From: Synechocystis sp. PCC 6803 substr. PCC-P | GTDB taxonomy: Bacteria > Cyanobacteriota > Cyanobacteriia > Cyanobacteriales > Microcystaceae | DNA: 32,000 nucleotides | Direction: 5' to 3' | NCBI RefSeq assembly: GCF_000284455.1 | Contig: NC_017039.1 | Location: 2,370,001 to 2,402,000 of the forward strand | In this document: in pieces, positions 28,742-32,000 of the stretch | How the letters are laid out: the number at the start of each line of letters is the position of its first letter | Position numbering within the stretch: the stretch's first letter is position 1 | Notes under the pieces: model-generated | Databases searched by the model: none | Told to the model about the DNA's origin: nothing | What the model saw: only the letters and a program-made list of their open reading frames with translations | Translations under genes and position numbers: made by a program

Positions 28742-30160
28742 ATGCAAAGACTGCGTTGGCTACTGCTTTTAATTGTTGTCTTGGTCATTGGGGCCAGCTT
28801 TGTGCTGGTCAAATTACCCCTGCAACTGGGTTTAGACCTGCGGGGGGGAGCCCAGTTAACCATTGAAGTGCAACCCACCAAAGAAATTCCCCAAATTGAC
28901 AACGATAGCTTGGTGGCGGTGAAAACGGTAATTGAAAACCGGGTTAATGCCCTGGGAGTATCGGAACCATTGGTGCAAACGGCCGGGGAAGATAAGATTG
29001 TGGTGCAACTGCCGGGGGTGACGGATCCGGGACAGGCAGAACGAATTTTGGGGGGCACTGCCCAGCTAGAATTTCAGCAACAACGGCCGGGCACGGAAGG
29101 GGAATTCCAAGCGGAATACAGCATTAAACGGCAACTGGATGCGGAGTTGGAAAACCTGCGTCGTTCCGGTGCGTCCCCGGAAAACAGCGATCGCCTAGAG
29201 GAATTAATCAAAGCGAAAGAAGAATCCAATAAAGCTCTATTAGCTCTGTTTGAACCCATGGGACTGACGGGGAAAAACCTCACCGATGCCCGCCCTAGCC
29301 CTAATCAATCCGGCACAGCCTGGGAAGTGGCCCTCCGGTTTGACGAAGAAGGGGGACAGAAATTTGCCGAGTTAACCCAAGCGGTGGCCGGCACGGGTCG
29401 GAGCCTGGGGGTATTTTTGGATAACGATTTAATCAGTGCTCCGGTAGTGGGCGTGGAATTTGCCAATACGGGGATCACCGGGGGCGCAGCGGTAATTACA
29501 GGAAATTTCACCATCGACACTGCTAACGATCTGGCGGTGCAACTGCGGGGCGGTTCCTTGCCGTTCCCAGTGGAAGTGGTTGAAAACCGCACAGTGGGGG
29601 CCACCCTGGGGCAAGAAAGTATCCGCCGTAGTTTAGTGGCGGGGTTTGTCGGTCTAGTTCTCGTGCTAGTTTTCATGGCGGTTTACTATCGTTTGCCGGG
29701 GATAGTGGCGGATATATCCCTAATGATTTACGCCGTTTTGACCCTAGCGGCCTTTGCTTTGGTGGGGGTAACGTTGACCCTGCCTGGTATTGCCGGTTTC
29801 ATTCTCAGTATCGGCATGGCGGTGGATGCCAACGTGTTGATTTTTGAGCGCACCAGGGAAGAGTTGCGGGCGGGCAACACCCTCTACCGTTCGGTGGAAG
29901 CGGGCTTTTTTCGGGCCTTTTCCAGTATTTTGGACAGTAACGTCACCACCCTCATTGCCTGTGCGGCCCTGTTTTGGTTTGGTTCCGGTCTGGTGAAAGG
30001 TTTTGCTCTCACCCTGGCGATCGGAGTCATGGTGAGTTTGTTCACCGCCCTGACCTGCAGTCGTACCCTGTTACTGGTTATTGTGCTCAGTTTGCCCAAA
30101 GTGCGTCAAAATCCCAGGCTCTTTTGCCCGAATCTATCATCGGTAACGGCTAAGTCTTAA
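28742..30160 (+). CDS. secD: Protein translocase subunit SecD
   Basis: QLGLDLRGGAQLTIEV, VQLPGVTDPGQAERILGGTAQLEFQ, ANVLIFERTREELRAG. The ORF track start is 28718; ATG 28742 gives the usual N-terminus. Confidence 0.96.
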   Translation: MQRLRWLLLLIVVLVIGASFVLVKLPLQLGLDLRGGAQLTIEVQPTKEIPQIDNDSLVAVKTVIENRVNALGVSEPLVQTAGEDKIVVQLPGVTDPGQAERILGGTAQLEFQQQRPGTEGEFQAEYSIKRQLDAELENLRRSGASPENSDRLEELIKAKEESNKALLALFEPMGLTGKNLTDARPSPNQSGTAWEVALRFDEEGGQKFAELTQAVAGTGRSLGVFLDNDLISAPVVGVEFANTGITGGAAVITGNFTIDTANDLAVQLRGGSLPFPVEVVENRTVGATLGQESIRRSLVAGFVGLVLVLVFMAVYYRLPGIVADISLMIYAVLTLAAFALVGVTLTLPGIAGFILSIGMAVDANVLIFERTREELRAGNTLYRSVEAGFFRAFSSILDSNVTTLIACAALFWFGSGLVKGFALTLAIGVMVSLFTALTCSRTLLLVIVLSLPKVRQNPRLFCPNLSSVTAKS

Positions 30161-30220
30161 AAGCTTTTTATTTTTCAACCCAGAATTCTGTTTGCTTTCT
30201 TTGACCAATTCTCAAAAATT

Positions 30221-31168
30221 ATGAAATTAGACCTGTTCAAATGGGAAAAGCCAGCTTGGATCGTTTCTTCTCTCTTGGTGCTGATCAGTATTTTCGCCAT
30301 GGCAATTTCCTGGGCACAATTCCAAGCTCCTTTTAGGCCAGGTCTCGATTTCGTCGGTGGTACCCGTTTGCAACTACAACTGGAATGCGCCAGCAGCAAT
30401 AATTGCCCAGCGGCGATCGATGTGGCGGAGGTGCAGGATATTCTCGGCGGCGTGGGCTTAGGTAACAGTAGTGTGCAGGTAATTGAGGACTATACCCTTT
30501 CTATCCGTCAACAAACCCTGGATGTGGAACAACGGGAAGCGGTGCAAAAAGCATTGAATGAAGGCATAGGTAAGTTCGACCCGGAAACTATCCAAATTGA
30601 CACCGTTGGCCCCACGGTAGGCAAAGCTTTATTCCGTTCTGGGGTGTTAGCCCTGGTGATTTCCCTGCTGGGGATTATCATCTATTTAACTATCCGTTTT
30701 CAGCTTGATTACGCTGTTTTTGCCATTATCGCCCTACTTTATGATGCCTTGATTACCATGGGAGCCTTTGCCATTTTTGGCTTAGTGGGAGGAGTGGAAG
30801 TTGATAGTCTTTTCCTGGTGGCGTTACTGACCATCATCGGCTTTTCTGTCAATGACACCGTGGTCATATACGACCGGGTGCGGGAAACCCTAGAGCGCCA
30901 TTCTGACTGGGATATTAACCATGTGGTGGATGATGCAGTCAATCAAACTTTGACCCGTTCCATTAACACTTCTTTGACCACTTCTTTGCCCCTGGTAGCA
31001 ATCTTTCTTTTCGGTGGTGATAGTCTCAAATTCTTTGCTTTAGCTTTGATTATTGGCTTTGCTTCCGGGGTTTATTCCAGTATTTTCATGGCCACAACCC
31101 TCTGGGCCTGGTGGCGTAAATGGCGATCGCCAAAGAATCCTCCTAGGGAAATGGTGGCGGAGGTTTAA
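30221..31168 (+). CDS. secF: Protein translocase subunit SecF
   Basis: 315 aa; GLDFVGGTRLQLQL, FSVNDTVVIYDRVRETLERH, NQTLTRSINTSLTTSLPL. Confidence 0.96.
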   Translation: MKLDLFKWEKPAWIVSSLLVLISIFAMAISWAQFQAPFRPGLDFVGGTRLQLQLECASSNNCPAAIDVAEVQDILGGVGLGNSSVQVIEDYTLSIRQQTLDVEQREAVQKALNEGIGKFDPETIQIDTVGPTVGKALFRSGVLALVISLLGIIIYLTIRFQLDYAVFAIIALLYDALITMGAFAIFGLVGGVEVDSLFLVALLTIIGFSVNDTVVIYDRVRETLERHSDWDINHVVDDAVNQTLTRSINTSLTTSLPLVAIFLFGGDSLKFFALALIIGFASGVYSSIFMATTLWAWWRKWRSPKNPPREMVAEV

Positions 31169-31300
31169 TTTTTGCGTTCCCCTGGGTGAGGCTGAGAGAG
31201 ATACCTTAGACCAAAGTTAGCACCGGCGAAAAGGGACGGGAAAGGTCAAAGCCTTATGGGAAAATGGCCACAATTTAGCGTTTAGCTCCGCCGATCTCCC

Positions 31301-32000
31301 ATGGAATTTAGCCAACTCGTAGAACGCCTACAAACCCATATCCAATGCCACAGCCTAGAAAAATTTGGCGATCGCAATCCAACCCTTGGGGGCGTTGCCG
31401 CCTTAACGGAGGCCTTGACCGGGCAAATCAGTTACGTCGATAGTGCCAAGTATGCGCCTCAAATGAAGACAACCCAGGCCAGTGCGCTAATTTTGCCCCC
31501 GGATGCAAAACTTCAAGCAGAAGCGGATGCCCAAGGTATAGCCTGGTGTGCCACTGCCCAACCCCGGCTCCTATTTGCGGCGGCGATCGCCGTTTTTTAT
31601 CAACCCTATCGTCCACCGGCGGGTATCCATGCCACTGCTGTTATCGATCCCTCGGTGCATTGTGGTGAGGACGTGAGCATTGGCCCCCATGTGGTAATTT
31701 ATCCCAACGTGACCCTCGGCGATCGGGTGTGCATCCACGGCAATGTGGTGATTTACCCCGGTGTGACCATTGGCAACGACAGCGTACTCCATGGTAACTG
31801 CACCATCCACGAACGAACTCAGATTGGCCAAGGTTGTGTGATCCATAGCGGAGCGGCGATCGGGGCAGAGGGTTTCGGCTTTGTGCCTACCCCCGAAGGC
31901 TGGTTCAAAATGGAACAATCCGGCCAAGTAGTTTTGGAAGACGGGGTAGAAATTGGCTGTAACAGTGCAGTAGATCGTCCCGCCGTGGGGGAAACCCGCA
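31301..32000 (+). CDS. lpxD: UDP-3-O-acyl-glucosamine N-acyltransferase, 3' truncated by window edge
   Basis: My translation from ATG 31301: MEFSQLVERLQTHIQCHSLEKFG...; hexapeptide repeats IGPHVVIYPNVTLGDRVCIHGNVVIYPGVTIGNDSVLHGNC; GAEGFGFVPT. The ORF is open at the edge, so it is absent from the supplied track. Confidence 0.93.
   Translation, partial: MEFSQLVERLQTHIQCHSLEKFGDRNPTLGGVAALTEALTGQISYVDSAKYAPQMKTTQASALILPPDAKLQAEADAQGIAWCATAQPRLLFAAAIAVFYQPYRPPAGIHATAVIDPSVHCGEDVSIGPHVVIYPNVTLGDRVCIHGNVVIYPGVTIGNDSVLHGNCTIHERTQIGQGCVIHSGAAIGAEGFGFVPTPEGWFKMEQSGQVVLEDGVEIGCNSAVDRPAVGETR

Noticed and set aside
1-32000. Searched for CRISPR arrays, tRNA/rRNA genes, tmRNA, RNase P RNA and transposases
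   Set aside because: No regularly spaced direct repeats, no recognisable tRNA/rRNA or tmRNA/rnpB signatures and no DDE/Y1 transposase ORF seen by eye; a tRNAscan-SE/Infernal run would be needed to be certain.

Overview
This 32 kb window is a dense, mostly housekeeping stretch of a cyanobacterial chromosome. It is very Synechocystis sp. PCC 6803-like, with frequent HIP1 GCGATCGC palindromes and chlB, sqdX and glcP genes. Recognisable genes are: accD; a circularly permuted ATP-grasp protein; a three-gene cassette (RHH-like small protein, Ycf46-like AAA+ ATPase, DUF1257/Ycf35-like protein); a cephalosporin/penicillin acylase-like Ntn hydrolase; tmk; a secreted CHAT-domain protein; gloA; an SDR; rsmD; sqdX; gnd; a PD-(D/E)XK nuclease-like / glycine-rich membrane protein pair; an SGNH hydrolase; a cysteine desulfurase; comF; an L,D-transpeptidase; a DUF433/DUF5615 toxin-antitoxin pair; chlB; a TrkA-like gene; an OprB-type porin; glcP; secD; secF; and partial lpxD running off the right edge. 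There is no CRISPR array, no convincing intact transposon, and no proven novel system. The best candidates for unexplained biology are the TAATG-overlapping two-gene cassette at 16890-17728, the tmk-coupled exported CHAT protein at 9576-10955, the three-repeat hypothetical protein at 5537-6766, and the 2.8-5.5 kb cassette with a dyad upstream, tandem hairpins inside and a terminator at its end. All family calls come from reading motifs; no database search was run.
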